From the NCBI GenBank assembly GCA_010015585.1, contig ML975153.1: a DNA stretch of 64,000 nt, one strand, 5' to 3'. Source of the DNA: Eremomyces bilateralis CBS 781.70. Taxonomy: Eukaryota. Position 1 is the stretch's first letter, and every line of letters starts with the position of its first letter. Under the pieces are notes generated by a model. The model saw only the letters and a program-made list of their open reading frames with translations, was not told the DNA's origin and ran no database searches. Of this stretch, positions 12,626-25,623 are shown piece by piece. Both the position numbers and the translations under genes were made by a program.

Positions 12626-15096
12626 TTACGCGGCGGCTTGGCCACGTTCAGCTGATGGAGGTCCGTATTCGACTTGAGGGTGGGTCTCGCCTGGAATCAC
12701 GGTCAATATGGCATCCGGTGCGTTCAATCATATAGACGGGATGGGGGTTGGACTTACCAGGCGCCATGAAGTTCGTTTCGGGGTTCTTCGTCGCTTTCGC
12801 CGCCGAGCAGCGCGCCATGGTCGGCGAGCTTCGCGAAATCGCATCGGTGAAGTAGAAGTTCTCGACCACCTTCTTCATGATCTCCCCGGTCGCCTTGGCT
12901 CCCTTGTTCTGATCGACCAGCTGCACTTTCGCGAGCGCCGCCACCTCCTGCGAGACCGGCTCCACCACGTCGTACCGCCGCAGCGCGGGGGAGATCTCCT
13001 CCATGCGGTCGCGCAGCTGCTCGACATCGTCGTACGGCAACGGCGCGCCGAGGTACTCGCTCGCGGCGCGGACGATTTTCCAATCCTCGCGGCTGGCGCC
13101 GGGGAGGGCGACGGCGTTGCGGCCCATCTGGGTACGGCCTTCCGTGTTCACGTAGGTGCCGGACTTCTCGACGTACGATGCGCCGGGGAGGACAACGTCC
13201 GCGAGCTGGGCGCCTCGGTCGCCATGGTGACCTTGGTAGATGACGAAGGCGTCCTTGGGAATGTCCGCGTCGGAGATCTCGTCGGCGCCAAGAAGCCAGA
13301 CGATCTTGGGCGTGGTGTTGGCCGTTTGTGGAGATGGAACCGTGAAGCCAACCTCGTAAGATCCTGTGCGAGAAGCCGCGCGCTGGAGGACGCTGTAACC
13401 GTTCCACTCTGGCGTAACGAAGTTGCTCTTGTTCTTCTCGACGAAGGATCCCACGGTCTCGAAAATCGCCTTGGCGTCGGTATGCTCGGCAGCACCGCTC
13501 CCAACGATGATCATTGGGTTCTGCGCGGCAGCGAGCTTCTTGCCAAACGGTCCAGCCAACGCCTGCTTAAGGCCATTGGCGTCAGCTCCCAACTTCTCGT
13601 AGTCGAAGGTGCTGGCGAAGTCTTCGCCAACCACGCCGACCTCGAGGTCCGAGCGCAGCCATTGCTTGCGAATCCGCGCGTTCAGGCCCGCCGCTTCGTG
13701 GCGAGGGTTGGTGCCGACGAGGAGGATCACATCGGCCTCCTCGACGCCGGTGAGCTTCGAATTGAAGCTGAAGTTCTGTCGGACATCGACGCCATGAGCA
13801 ATGGGCTGATCGCCTTGGGGCTGATCCAACGCGAGGTTCTCGGATCCGAGCTTGTTGGCCAAGTCCTTCATCGCAACCAGCGTCTCAGTATCCGTCAGCT
13901 GGCCTGCAATGACCTTGAATTCATCGCCCTTCGGTTGAAGTTTTTGGTACGCGTTTCCGATCTCCACCAGCGCCTGCTCCCAGCTCGCAGGCTGGAATTG
14001 GTTATTTTGCCGGACCAACGGAACCGTGAGACGTTGTGTGTTGAGCCCATCACACGCGAACCGAGTCTTGTCGTTGATCCACTCCTCGTTGATATCGTCG
14101 TTCAGTCGAGGAAGGATCCGCATCACGAGCATGCCTCGCGTGTCGATTCGGATGTTCGATCCCAGGCCGTCCAGAACGTCAATCGATTCGGTATGGGCGA
14201 GCTCCCAAGACCGGGCCTTGAAGGCATATGGTTTCGAGGTGAGGGCGCCGACGGGGCAGAGATCGATGACGTTTCCGGACATTTCGGTATCGAGGGCCGT
14301 TTCGAGATAGGTACCAATCTGCAGATCATTGCCACGTCCCGTGCTGCCCAGTTCAGGAGCACCGGCGACGTCGTTGGCAAATCGGATGCATCTTGTACAA
14401 TGGATACACCTGTTCATCGATGTCTTGATATTATCAGCACGTGTTTATATGAGTAATGCATCGATCACATACCTTGACCAACGGTCCGATATTCTTGTCC
14501 TCCACAGCTCGCTTCCCCTCCAGCTCATGGAATCGTCCACGATCCGCACCATATCTCATGCTCTGATCCTGAAGATCGCATTCACCACCCTGATCACAAA
14601 TCGGGCAATCGAGCGGATGGTTTGCTAGTAGAAATTCCATGATCCCCTCGCGGGCTTTGTGGACCAGCGGCGAAGAGGTCTTGACCACCATCCCCGGCTG
14701 GACGGGCCACGCGCACGAGGCCACCGGTTTTGGGGATCGCTCAACTTCGACCAGGCACATTCGACAGTTCCCGGCAATCATCAGCTTCTCGTGGTAGCAG
14801 TATCGCGGGATTGTGGCGCCGGCTTTCTCGCAGGCTTGGATGAGGGCCGATCCGGCTGTACGCGGTTAGACATCGCCTCGATGCTTGGATAAGATGCAAT
14901 ACCCTCTATTGACACTTTCTTCCCATCTATTGACATCGTTAGCAGTGGCTTAATGGCGGTGGTCGGAGGGGGAAGTACCAATTGTGAGCTCCACCTCGGC
15001 CGGACGGGACGAGGTCCCGGAGAAGGTCCTGGCTGCATTGGCATTTAGAAGCCCTTGAGATCGCTTCAGCGACCTCAAGACCTGCGGTCGCAGCAT
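12626..15096 (-). CDS. NDUFS1: NADH:ubiquinone oxidoreductase 75/78-kDa Fe-S subunit, mitochondrial, multi-exon
   Basis: Presequence [13 protein letters not shown]. Fe-S motifs [55 protein letters not shown]. Last exon ends ...ERGQAAA*. Confidence 0.95.
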
Positions 15097-15210
15097 CTCA
15101 GGCAACGTGGGAATGGGAACGGTGGGTTGACGGGAGGTTGATCGTCGATTACATTGATTGAAGAGCGAAGATGTGAAGCTTGACGTTCAAGAGGTAATGC
15201 GGGTCCCTTG

Positions 15211-15249
15211 ATTGGTTGGCGTGGCTCGGATTAGTCATACGGTCACGTG
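15211..15249 (-). promoter_or_regulatory. CCAAT box (15211-15215) and GTCACGTG E-box (15242-15249) upstream of the complex I gene
   Basis: Motif match only, 115-150 bp upstream of the ATG. Confidence 0.35.
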
Positions 15250-16002
15250 CTGCTTATATGAAGTAAATCTTCAACTTTCGCATCTTCCTACTGTTTTTCT
15301 TTTCTCGTTACTCATTTACGGGCACAATTTATTGTAGGAGCTTGTTGGTTCTCGATTTCGAGATGCTACTTCATTCTCCTCTATTACGTGCCCAAGAGCA
15401 TAACCCATTATGCACCGTAGCTGGAGCGACGGAGTACCAACGATGAAAATTTCTCCTTACCGACGGTCGCTACATTTCGATACCATTGATTTCTTGTGGT
15501 GTCCTCATATGTAGTACTATACAGTGGCTCGTCTGTGGATCCACCGGTGTGATATATTGTAGGAACAAGATGAATGCAAATCGGAGCTCTCGTTGTACCC
15601 CGTGGTGTTCCTACACCTATGTCTTCTTCCACTACAAGTCCCATTTGCTCCGTCCCAACTCCCAACTCCACGGTGTTCCCAAGAGCCCTTTATCAGCGCT
15701 CAAGTAGGTCGCTTGATTGTTCCGCGACCTCGCGAGCCGATGTAATTGACCAACACCAGACAGGTAGCTCGACCGGTCCCCATAACCCCATAAGCGAGAT
15801 GATGAGCCTATACATAAGGACTACTTCCACCAGCCTCAGCTCTTCATTCCGCTCTTCTGCTCCCAGCAGCCTCAACGGATTATGTACCCGCAGTATCGCA
15901 CATCAGTATCCGCGTGAGCCCCTCCCCGCGCCCAAGGCAGCGTCGCCTTTCCCCCTCCACCCGTTGTATAATCATTCCCCGTCCCCAACCTCATCCCCCC
16001 AA

Positions 16003-16254
16003 TCACGACCCCCCCGGCTTCCCCCCCAACTGCGCCACCGCCAGATTAATCCTTCTCCGCAGCATCTCCACGATATCCTTCGTCGCGAACCCCTTCGCCT
16101 TCTCGTCGCGGTTGATGCGCAGCGCGACGGCCGCGGTGCCGATGCCGACGGCGAAGATGGGGTCGAGGTTCCTGGGAGGGTTAGTTGGGCGGAGAGATGG
16201 GTGGAGGTGGGGGGTGTACCGGGAGAGGATGTAGGTGAGGCGTGGTGTAGACAT
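16003..16254 (-). CDS. NCE101: Non-classical export protein 1-like small membrane protein; exons 16254-16220, 16171-16003
   Basis: Spliced product MSTPRLTYILSRNLDPIFAVGIGTAAVALRINRDEK... fits the recalled NCE101 pattern (DP + hydrophobic helix + basic tail). 48-nt intron. Confidence 0.75.
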   Translation of the reverse strand: MSTPRLTYILSRYTPHLHPSLRPTNPPRNLDPIFAVGIGTAAVALRINRDEKAKGFATKDIVEMLRRRINLAVAQLGGKPGGS

Positions 16255-17016
16255 GGTGAGGATTGGGTTGGGTTGGAGGGAGGGGCGGTTGTGGTGATGT
16301 GGAAGTGGATGGTCGTCTCGGAAACGGTTGGAAAAGGTGAGGAAAAGTATGAAGCGCTTGCGTCTCGGAATAGCGGTTCAGAAGCGGGAGATGGACGCTG
16401 TCGATGCTCTTGATAATTGATGAGTTGGGCTCGGCATGGTGCTAGCGGGAGGGTGGGTTCAAGGCTGAGCTATGACATCTCCATCATACGCAAACAATCC
16501 AGACCATGCATGGAGCATTATGCGCTTTACTCACTATTGTAGGCAGGATCATCAATGATCCTCTACTGACTACGCCTACTATTATTTAGATGTATGTTGT
16601 ATATGCCGAGAATAACAACGACTTTGTGATCACTGATCATGCACGATTCAGAGGTAGACGCTTGGCACCAGGATGGCGGGTCGAACCTTTGTTGATATGA
16701 TGCTATATAATAGACTTAAGAAGCACCGAATACAGTAATGATGAAGATTGTAAGCTATCCCATGGCCGAGCGATTCCGCATCGCCTCTACTCAACGGCCT
16801 TCTGTGTTCTTGCGCAGGAGGATAGATCCATATCCTCTGCTCTGCAGCTCTTTCAGCAACTTGTCCAAGTCATCAAGGATGAGACCGCGATCGCATATAA
16901 CAAAACATGATTGACCGAACGCCTTCACGAGTGATAGTGCGGCTTGGGTTCCCCAACGCCAGGTCAAATATTCGGATGGGCGAGGTTGGAATCCATCGCC
17001 GGTCGATCGTCATCCC

Positions 17017-17533
<517 letters not shown>

Positions 17534-18656
17534 GATGGTGGAGAGGACGGACGGACGATATGAAGGAAGATGGAGGGGTCTCGGGTTCGATAAGCTGGGG
17601 ATGCGAGAGAGGATTTAAGGACGATACGAGGAAATGTTTAGGTGTGAGGGAGTTACTAAGTTCAGGTTTGCGGCGGTGAGAACAGAAGGTAGGTTGTGGT
17701 GACAGGTGAGTTGACCGTTGGTGAGCAAGCCAGAAGCCAGCTGCGTCTAAGTAGCGGGGCAGGAGCGGTGATTAGGCAGACGCCAGACGTGGGTGAGAGC
17801 CTGAGAGCTGGGGAAGGTGCGTGTTTGTAACCAGGGACCGGTCACCGTTAGCGCTAGTTTCAGGACCAAATATCGTTCCGCTGCTGTGCTTGTTGCTCAG
17901 CCTCCTTAGGATACTCTGTACGGAGTAGGCAGTATTACAAATGTCAAGATGCTTCAAACGATCTAGAACTCTATAGAGGTACAAGTGACATGTGATGGGT
18001 TTATCAGTGATGATTCATACGAAGGGACGCAGTAGTACAAACTACAAGGACATGTTTCATTGCTCAGTCACCAGTCTGAGTCCTTCAAAGACAAAGACCC
18101 ATCCTGACGTACGTCCTGTGACTCCGCGCTTGTCACGTCAAAGCCGCAATCTGATATCCAGGTTGCGTCAGATGCTCTTGTCACCGCCATCAACACATCA
18201 CAGTCATTCTGGACTTCTGGTCTCACATTTGGGGATTGATATACCTTCAGTGTTGTACCCTGCTGTCGCATATGCTGGATCCAGGTTCTTTTCCAGGTGA
18301 ACGGAAGATGTTACCGTTGTTCGAGGTGTCATTTGATTGGTCCGATCACAAGGGAGCTTTAGTGCTTTACCCAGCCACTCCACGTGACAGGGTACTACAC
18401 CGCCACATTATCATTATGCAGACTTATGCTGGAGGGTTGGAGGGTTCTCTCCTGAGGTTTTAAGGCATCAGCCCGCCTCGGCATCAAACCTCACCCATGT
18501 CCGTCGGAGGAGCCCAAGGATAATCTGATCGGCGTGCCATGGTGGTGTGACGGCTCCATTCTTACTCCGAGAGCCTCAATATATCTGTCGGCTTTCGCTC
18601 GTGATCCTCTGAAATCTTTCGCCCATTGCGATGTTGCCTTTCCCCCGAAAAGCAGC

Positions 18657-19969
18657 ATGAATGTGTTTGGCCTCCGCAGCAGAGCATGCGCTTCTGCGGC
18701 TCGCAATGTCTCCCGCCAACTGCCTCGGAAATTGACCGCGAGAGCACCAGTACAACAATGTCGGCAGTATGCCAATGATGCGTGGAAGCAGCAGGTTCGC
18801 TATGGATCGCCCGGGCGTCAGACCGTGGAGGTGTGGTATCCCAAGACCCGAATTGCAATCGGCGTGGTGTTCATCAGTGCTCTGGTCTATTCAATGGTAT
18901 ACGACGACCCTGATCAAGCTGCTCCACGTGTTCGCTGACTCCATACCAGGTCACAGAAGATGTCGAACGGACCGAAGCCCCATCCATTGCCGAGCGCGAT
19001 AGCCTGACGAAGAGGGAATCCGGGATCACAGAAAACTCCCCTATGCGACTTCGAATGGAAGCCTTCATCAAAGAACACCAAAAGAAAATCGTGCGGGAAC
19101 TGGAGAAGGTGGACGGCAAAAAGTTCACCATCGACTCGTGGACAAGACCGGATGGCGGTGGCGGAATAACATGTGTCCTGCAGGATGGGAACGTCTTTGA
19201 GAAGGCGGGGGTGAATATCTCCGTGGTGTATGGAACGCTGCCGAGGGCGGCCATCGCAAAGATGCGTGTCAACCACAAAGCCTTGGATCCCGATGTAGAG
19301 AGCTTGGAATTCTTTGCTTCTGGATTGAGCATGGTTCTACACCCAATCAACCCAATGGCGCCTACCGTTCATTTGAACTACCGGTACTTTGAGACCGCGA
19401 ACGCTGACGGGACATCAAATGCTTGGTGGTACGGGGGTGGATGCGACCTTACCCCGAGCTACCTGTTCGATGAGGACGCGATCCATTTCCACAAGACCAT
19501 CAAATCCGCATGCGACAAGCACGACAAAGACTACTACCCGCGGTTCAAGAAGTGGTGCGACGAGTACTTCCGCAACACCCACCGCGGCGAATCCCGCGGC
19601 GTCGGCGGTATCTTCTTCGACGACCTGGACGAGTCCGAGAAAGACCAGGAACAGCTGTTTTCCTTCGTCAAGGACTGCCTCTCCGCCTTCCTGCCCTCCT
19701 ACCTCCCCATCATCAACAAGCGAAAAGATCTGCCCTATACGGAGAAAGAGAAGCAGTGGCAGCAGCTGCGGCGCGGACGATATGTGGAGTTTAATCTACT
19801 ACATGATCGGGGCACAGCGTTTGGAATCCATACCCCTGGAGCCCGAGTCGAGAGCATTCTCATGAGCCTTCCTTTGACGGCGAGATGGGAATACATGCAT
19901 TTCCCTGAGAAGGGCAGCCGAGAGCAGCGCCTTGTCAATGTCCTCCAAACACCGGTCGAATGGGTCTAG
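18657..19969 (+). CDS. HEM13: Coproporphyrinogen III oxidase (aerobic); exons 18657-18896, 18950-19969
   Basis: [62 protein letters not shown]-terminal exon joins in frame via intron 18897-18949. Confidence 0.95.
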
Positions 19970-20328
19970 ACGAATCATGTCATCACACTATACCATATCT
20001 GTACAAAAGAAAACGAATACAAAGGACGATAGACATACAAGGGACAATATACTGCACAATGTTTCTTTGTTCTTCCCTTACCGTTTCCCTAACTCTCATG
20101 TTTTTGACTGTTGCAACAAAGCGCAATGGCACAGAGGTATTGTTCGAAGCATTGTTTTCATTGCCAACTTCCAGTTATGTCCACGGTAGTATGGAGCAAT
20201 GTCTTCGTCTGGAACCTATATAGATCTGCAGAATCCCGCCGTGGTCCCTGACTCCTCTCCTTCTGCAGAAAAACTCAAGCAGGGAGGATCTCAGGCAGGA
20301 TTCCAGACCGGATCTGGAAACATCCACT

Positions 20329-21150
20329 ATGCCTGCATTCTTCCCCATCTCCCCTCCGGGCGCGGACCTCCGTAGTCCTATCCGTTTTAATGACACCAGT
20401 CGCTTCAGCAGCGCTAACCACAGCGGCACTTACACCAGTTGGTCTCCCCTTCTCCCCCTCACCCGCCGCTCCAAGCCCTCCAGCACTGGCTCTGCCGGCA
20501 TGGCTATCGGCCTAATCATCGGCATCATAGTCCTCTGCACCCTCGTCTACTTCGCCCTCGAATTCCACAAGCATGTGGTCCCGCCCGAGCACCCCAGGAC
20601 CTACCGGCGCCGCGACCGCCCCGCTCACCCCTCACATCCCGAGGACATCAAGCCGGGCCGCCGCCGAGCGCCCACGGACGGGTTCCAGCGCGCCCATACC
20701 CGTCCTACTAGGACTCCGCAGCGCACCACCACGCCTCCCCCAGCGTACATCCCCAACCCCCCTCCGCCCAAATACCACCCGCGCGTCCCCCCGCACTTCA
20801 TCTCGCACTGCCGGGGGTGCTCCCCACCGCCGTCCACCCACTCCGGCCAGCATACCCCGGGCCGGTCCCCCTCGCCGCCCTCGCCGCCATCCTCCTATTG
20901 GGGCCGGCACACCCGGGCGCGAACCCCCTCGCCACCATCTCCCCGCTCGGCCCGGCACTGCCGCATCCGCACGCCGAGCAGCTGCAGCGCTCGCAGCACG
21001 AGCAGCGATGGGAGCTATTTCGTCGAGCAACGAGAGAGTAAGCGTGGGCTGCCGCAGTTCGAGGAGCGGGAGCACTATCGCACAGAGATGCGGTGCCCTC
21101 CGTTGAGTGGATCTGAGACTCCGCGCGGGCGATCGCGATCGCGACTATAG
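20329..21150 (+). CDS. Hypothetical single-pass membrane protein with Pro/Arg/Ser-rich tail and two PPxY motifs
   Basis: 273-aa ORF with TM GMAIGLIIGIIVLCTLVYFAL, motifs PPPAY and PPPKY, and C-rich coding bias. Confidence 0.6.
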   Translation: MPAFFPISPPGADLRSPIRFNDTSRFSSANHSGTYTSWSPLLPLTRRSKPSSTGSAGMAIGLIIGIIVLCTLVYFALEFHKHVVPPEHPRTYRRRDRPAHPSHPEDIKPGRRRAPTDGFQRAHTRPTRTPQRTTTPPPAYIPNPPPPKYHPRVPPHFISHCRGCSPPPSTHSGQHTPGRSPSPPSPPSSYWGRHTRARTPSPPSPRSARHCRIRTPSSCSARSTSSDGSYFVEQRESKRGLPQFEEREHYRTEMRCPPLSGSETPRGRSRSRL

Positions 21151-22145
21151 GTGATAGATGACATCATGAAGGCAAGTGAAGATTCCCTGCCACACGCTAA
21201 CATCACGCTACCATCCCTTTCTCCTTTCACTATTCCTTCTCGCAGACTGATTCGCATCGACCACGTTGTCGCGGAGTAACGCGATAGACTTCTGGTAAGC
21301 ACACTTTTGCAGGGTTCAGAAGAAGGCGTTGTTGGGTTAACTAAAATTGGAAAAATTGACGAAAAGTTGAACATTGAACATTAAAAATCAATACATTGAT
21401 GCAAGCCATGAAATTGACTATTATCTTTGTGATGACATATGAGACACGAAAACCATGGTTGCACATTGCACAAAGGCGCGGCCCCTGGATCCATACGAGG
21501 TAGGTACGTCGGCTGTATCCCGTACTACCTACTACTTACTTCACATCAGCCGCAACACAAATCTGATGGAATCTTGCGTCGTCCAATTCCAATTCCATGC
21601 CGTAACACCGGACGAGACTCTCCTCAATCGGGAATCCACCGCGTCTATCTTGCGACCTCCCACCTATGAAGTATGAACAACGGATGGACGTCGACATGCC
21701 GACCTCCAAATGGCGATCCGACCATCAAACACCAAGCGAATAGCAGCCTTGACCCGTAAAACCAAAGTACCCGCATTTCAGGAACGGGCAAACCGGCGAA
21801 TTTAACGGGTCCGACGGCTCAATGAGCCTGTCTCAAGGTTTGATGATGTCGACGCGGTATGCTGCCCCGATTGGTTGGGATGCCCAGCTGGAGGCGTTTG
21901 CATGGGAGAGAGGGAAGTATCCGTATCCCAATGAGTCCCCATGAGCACGAGACCCGAAGTTGAGTGACATAAAGGTCCTGTATTAATCAAAGCATGTATT
22001 CACCATCAGTTCGTCGAAATGTAGCATAAATACCTTGCTGACCCCCGACAATCGATGGATATCGAGTGTATCCCACTGATGTCCTTGTCACCTTGGACGA
22101 TATCCCATCATCCATCTATCCCGAGGCGGCGCCTCTACTGCCATC

Positions 22146-23842
22146 ATGGGTAACACCAGCAGCTCATCAGCGCTGCAAAGTTGCTTGAAAAACGTCTGCG
22201 CCGGCCAGCAGAATTGTGTAGCCTTCCCCACGAACCCGGTCCTTACGTACCACTTGGAATGGATGAAGCCGTACAATCTGAATAAGATTCCGACGCCAGT
22301 GGCGGTGACCCGTCCCATGACGGCGGAACAGATCGCGGGGGTCGTGAAGTGCGCCGTGGCCTCCAAGGTCAAGGTACAACCGAGATCAGGAGGGCATTCC
22401 TATGGGTGAGAATAGTCATTACCCCTATATATATCAACTATGCTAATGGGTACATAGGAACTATGGTACGATGACCCTATAGAATTTTTGAGTATGTGTC
22501 CCTAATATTGCTTACACCTAGGCCTTGGCGGTGACGACGGTGCCGTGGTCGTCGACCTCGTGAACTTCCAACAGTTCAGCATGGACGAGAAGTACCAAGC
22601 GACCATTGGCGCGGGAACGTTACTAGGCGACGTCACGAAGAAGCTTCATGAGAACGGAGGACGAGCTATGGCCCATGGGACCTGTCCGCAAGTCGGGATA
22701 GGCGGCCACGCAACCATTGTGAGTGACCGATCTGGCGACTGTCGTCCTTCGCATCGCTGACGTCGTACGATGGTTAGGGGGGTCTTGGACCGCCGTCGAG
22801 GATGTGGGGTACGTCACTGGACCATGTGGTGGATGTCACGGTTGTCACAGCGAAAGGTGACATCGTCAAAGCTAGTGAGTCAGAGAACTCGGACTTATTC
22901 TTCGTACGGCCTCTGCATTTCCCCCTTCATTCTCCCGCTGCCAACTCACAGCTTCACAGGCACTGAAAGGAGCGGGGGCTAGTTTCGGTATCATTACCGA
23001 ATTCAGAGTCCGAACTCACCCTGAACCCAGAAATGTGGTAGAGTATACATATGACTTCACTTTTGGAAAGCATGAAGACATGGCGTCCACGTTCGAGGTC
23101 TGGCAGACTCTTATATCCGATCCGAATCTAGATCGCCGCTTTGCATCGCAGTTCATCCTGCACGAATTGGGTGCAGTTGTCCTTACAGTCTTCTACGGCA
23201 CCGAAGGAGAATACGAAGCGACGGGTATTCCAGCACGGCTCCCGAAAGGAGGCAAACTGGCGTTCGCCATGGAGGACTGGCTCGGATCCGTGGGTCATGC
23301 GGCCGAAGTCGTCGGTTTGCAAGCCGTCGGAGGTGTCCCTATCCCCTTCTACACGAAGACTCTCGCGTTCCGGAAAGAAGACTTGATCCCACGGTCGGGG
23401 ATCACCGAGCTCTTCAAACACTTCGGGAAGGACAAAGGGACCATAATATGGTTCACGATCTTCGATCTCGCGGGTGGCGCAGTCAGCGATGTGCCGCAGG
23501 ATAAGACCGCTTATGCGCATCGAGACAAGCTGTTCTTCGTTCAGTCGTACGGTGTTGGGATACCGACGGTCAGTCAGAAGACGAAGGACTGGTTGAATGG
23601 TGTTAATACTATAATTCGTGACGCTTTGCCGAATGCGCCGTTCGGTGCTTATCCCGGGTAGGACCTGCATTTCGCTCCGAGCCTTACAAGCTAACATCTG
23701 TACTAGGTACGTGGAGCCTGATCTGGCAGATGGTCAGGAGCAATATTGGGGTGCGAATCTCCCTCGATTGAAGGATATTAAGAAGATGTGGGATCCGAAG
23801 GACGTCTTCCACAACCCTCAAAGTGTGCCACCAGCCAAATAA
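22146..23842 (+). CDS. FAD-linked BBE-like oxidase (glucooligosaccharide oxidase/AA7-like), multi-exon
   Basis: VQPRSGGHSYGNYGLG (after splicing), HGTCPQVGIGGHAT, C-terminal YPGY...YWGANLPRLKDIKKMWDPKDVFHNPQSV. Confidence 0.9.
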
Positions 23843-24084
23843 CCAAACCATGCAATATGCTTGCATTTTACGGCCTGTAATCTTTAGGTTAAATAGAGTC
23901 GGGTTGCATAAAATATGTCCATTCATGAGTCTGCTATGCTGCTATGATGATATCTCTGAGTGGCAAGCTCTATTGATTATTGAGTACATCGGGGGAGTGA
24001 TATGACTGCACAAGGCAAGAGGCCATGAAGAACAAAACCGCGTGGTATTTGAACGACGGCATGGAGGTCCAGCCAAGACGGTTT

Positions 24085-25623
24085 TCACATATGCGTTAGG
24101 CTCACCATCTTCGCGGGGGAGAAGATATTGCCTGGGTCATACTTTTTTTTCAACACCTTAAGCTTCGTCGAGTTTCGGCCGTAGATCTCTTGCGGGGTGT
24201 ATTCAGCCGCTGCGATATTGTTAGTACTATTACTCCCCATCTGTGACAGCTTACTTACTGGCAGAGTTAGCATATATGCCAGAGCCCTCGCCCTTTTGTC
24301 CAGACGCGGCACCATCGATGCCCATTTCGCGACCGATCTTTTTTAAAAAGTTTCGGTTGAACTCGCGGAACTCGTCATCGAGTGCCGGGTCCTCCCACTT
24401 CATGGAGGTGGCCACGTTGTGATACGCTCCCCGGTTGGAGAATGCCATGGCCTCGTTCGAAACCTCGCGGATCTTATTATTTGGCCAGGCCTCGAAAATA
24501 AAGACCGCCTCAATGGAACCTTGATTGGCCAAGACAAACCGGTTGAAGTCCTGGAATATGTCCGAGACCTTGTCCGCGTTGAGAGGGAGGGTGAAGTTGG
24601 AGCCGCCGCCGTTTTTCCTTCCACCATGCTTGGCCATGGGATTCAACAGGCTATTGACAGCAGTATATGATGGCAATACCGCAGTAGAATTCATCGTCGG
24701 TTCCAAAGCGAAAAAAGGAGCGAAGAAGGCTTTTGATTCCTCTTCAGTACCAAAGTATACCGGAAGAGCTAGTGGCATGACCACGTTCGACCCAGGAGGG
24801 GTGGCGAATCCAAATGAAAGGCACGCACGCGGGTCTTCTCGTCCAGCGACCTCGTTGAAAGCAGCAATCAGTGCATGCAGTTTGTCCATCGTGAACCCCA
24901 GCATGCCCGCCCAAACAGAGGCTGGCGCTGGATGAGCTCTAAAGACAAACTCCGTGACCACGCCGAACCCTCGACCGGCTCCTCGGACCGCCCAGAACAG
25001 ATCGGGATTCTCGGTTTCTGATGCGACCAGGCAAGACCCGTCGGCCAGCACGATCTTCACCCGAAGAAGGTTGTCGATGGTCAGTCCGTACAGTCCACTG
25101 AGGTAGCCGTAGCCACCACCCAGAGTCAGTCCTCCAATCCCGGTGTGGTTGACGGTGCCCCCGACAGTGACCAACCCTTCCGCTGCAGCCGCGACGTCTA
25201 CGTCTTCCCAGAGGCAACCGCCTTGTGCGACGATTTCACGAGTTTCTTTGTTGATCTGGACGCCGCGCATTTGCGAGAGGTCAACAACGATGCCCTCGTC
25301 CGTCGAGGATCCTCCCGAAATCGTATGACCACCTCCTTTCACGACCAAGAGGACCTCATTGGAGACAGCAAACTTGACGGTGGTCGCGATGTCCTCGTCG
25401 CTTTTGACCATCACTACAGCGGGCTATGTGACTTCGTTATTATTCGATCTTCTGAAGTTATATTGATCGCTTGACTTACAGCCCGCTTCTCAATGGCACC
25501 GTTGAAGCGCTTGAGGCTTTCATCGTAGCCCTCAGTTCCAGGCTTGAGTATCTTCGCAGTGGACGAGCTTAGCTCCTTTTCCAACTGTCCCACCCAGGTT
25601 GGCTCCCTGCTAGAGTCGGTCAT
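24085..25623 (-). CDS. FAD-binding oxidoreductase (6-hydroxy-D-nicotine oxidase-like, BBE C-terminus), multi-exon
   Basis: VVKGGGH, GGTVNHTGIGGLTLGGGYG, NPDLFWAVRGAG.GFGVVTEF, IYGRN..KL..LKKKYDPGNIF. The exact 3' end is uncertain. Confidence 0.88.

Noticed and set aside
12708..14456. 582-aa plus-strand ORF
   Set aside because: Antisense shadow of the GC3-rich complex I gene, with no recognisable motifs. The same applies to 10040-10879, 35897-36871, 46000-47028 and 38099-39235.
15574..16413. 279-aa plus-strand ORF
   Set aside because: Overlaps NCE101 antisense, starts in non-coding-looking sequence, and has no domain.
22146..25623. Secondary-metabolite gene cluster
   Set aside because: No PKS, NRPS, terpene synthase, transporter or cluster transcription factor nearby.
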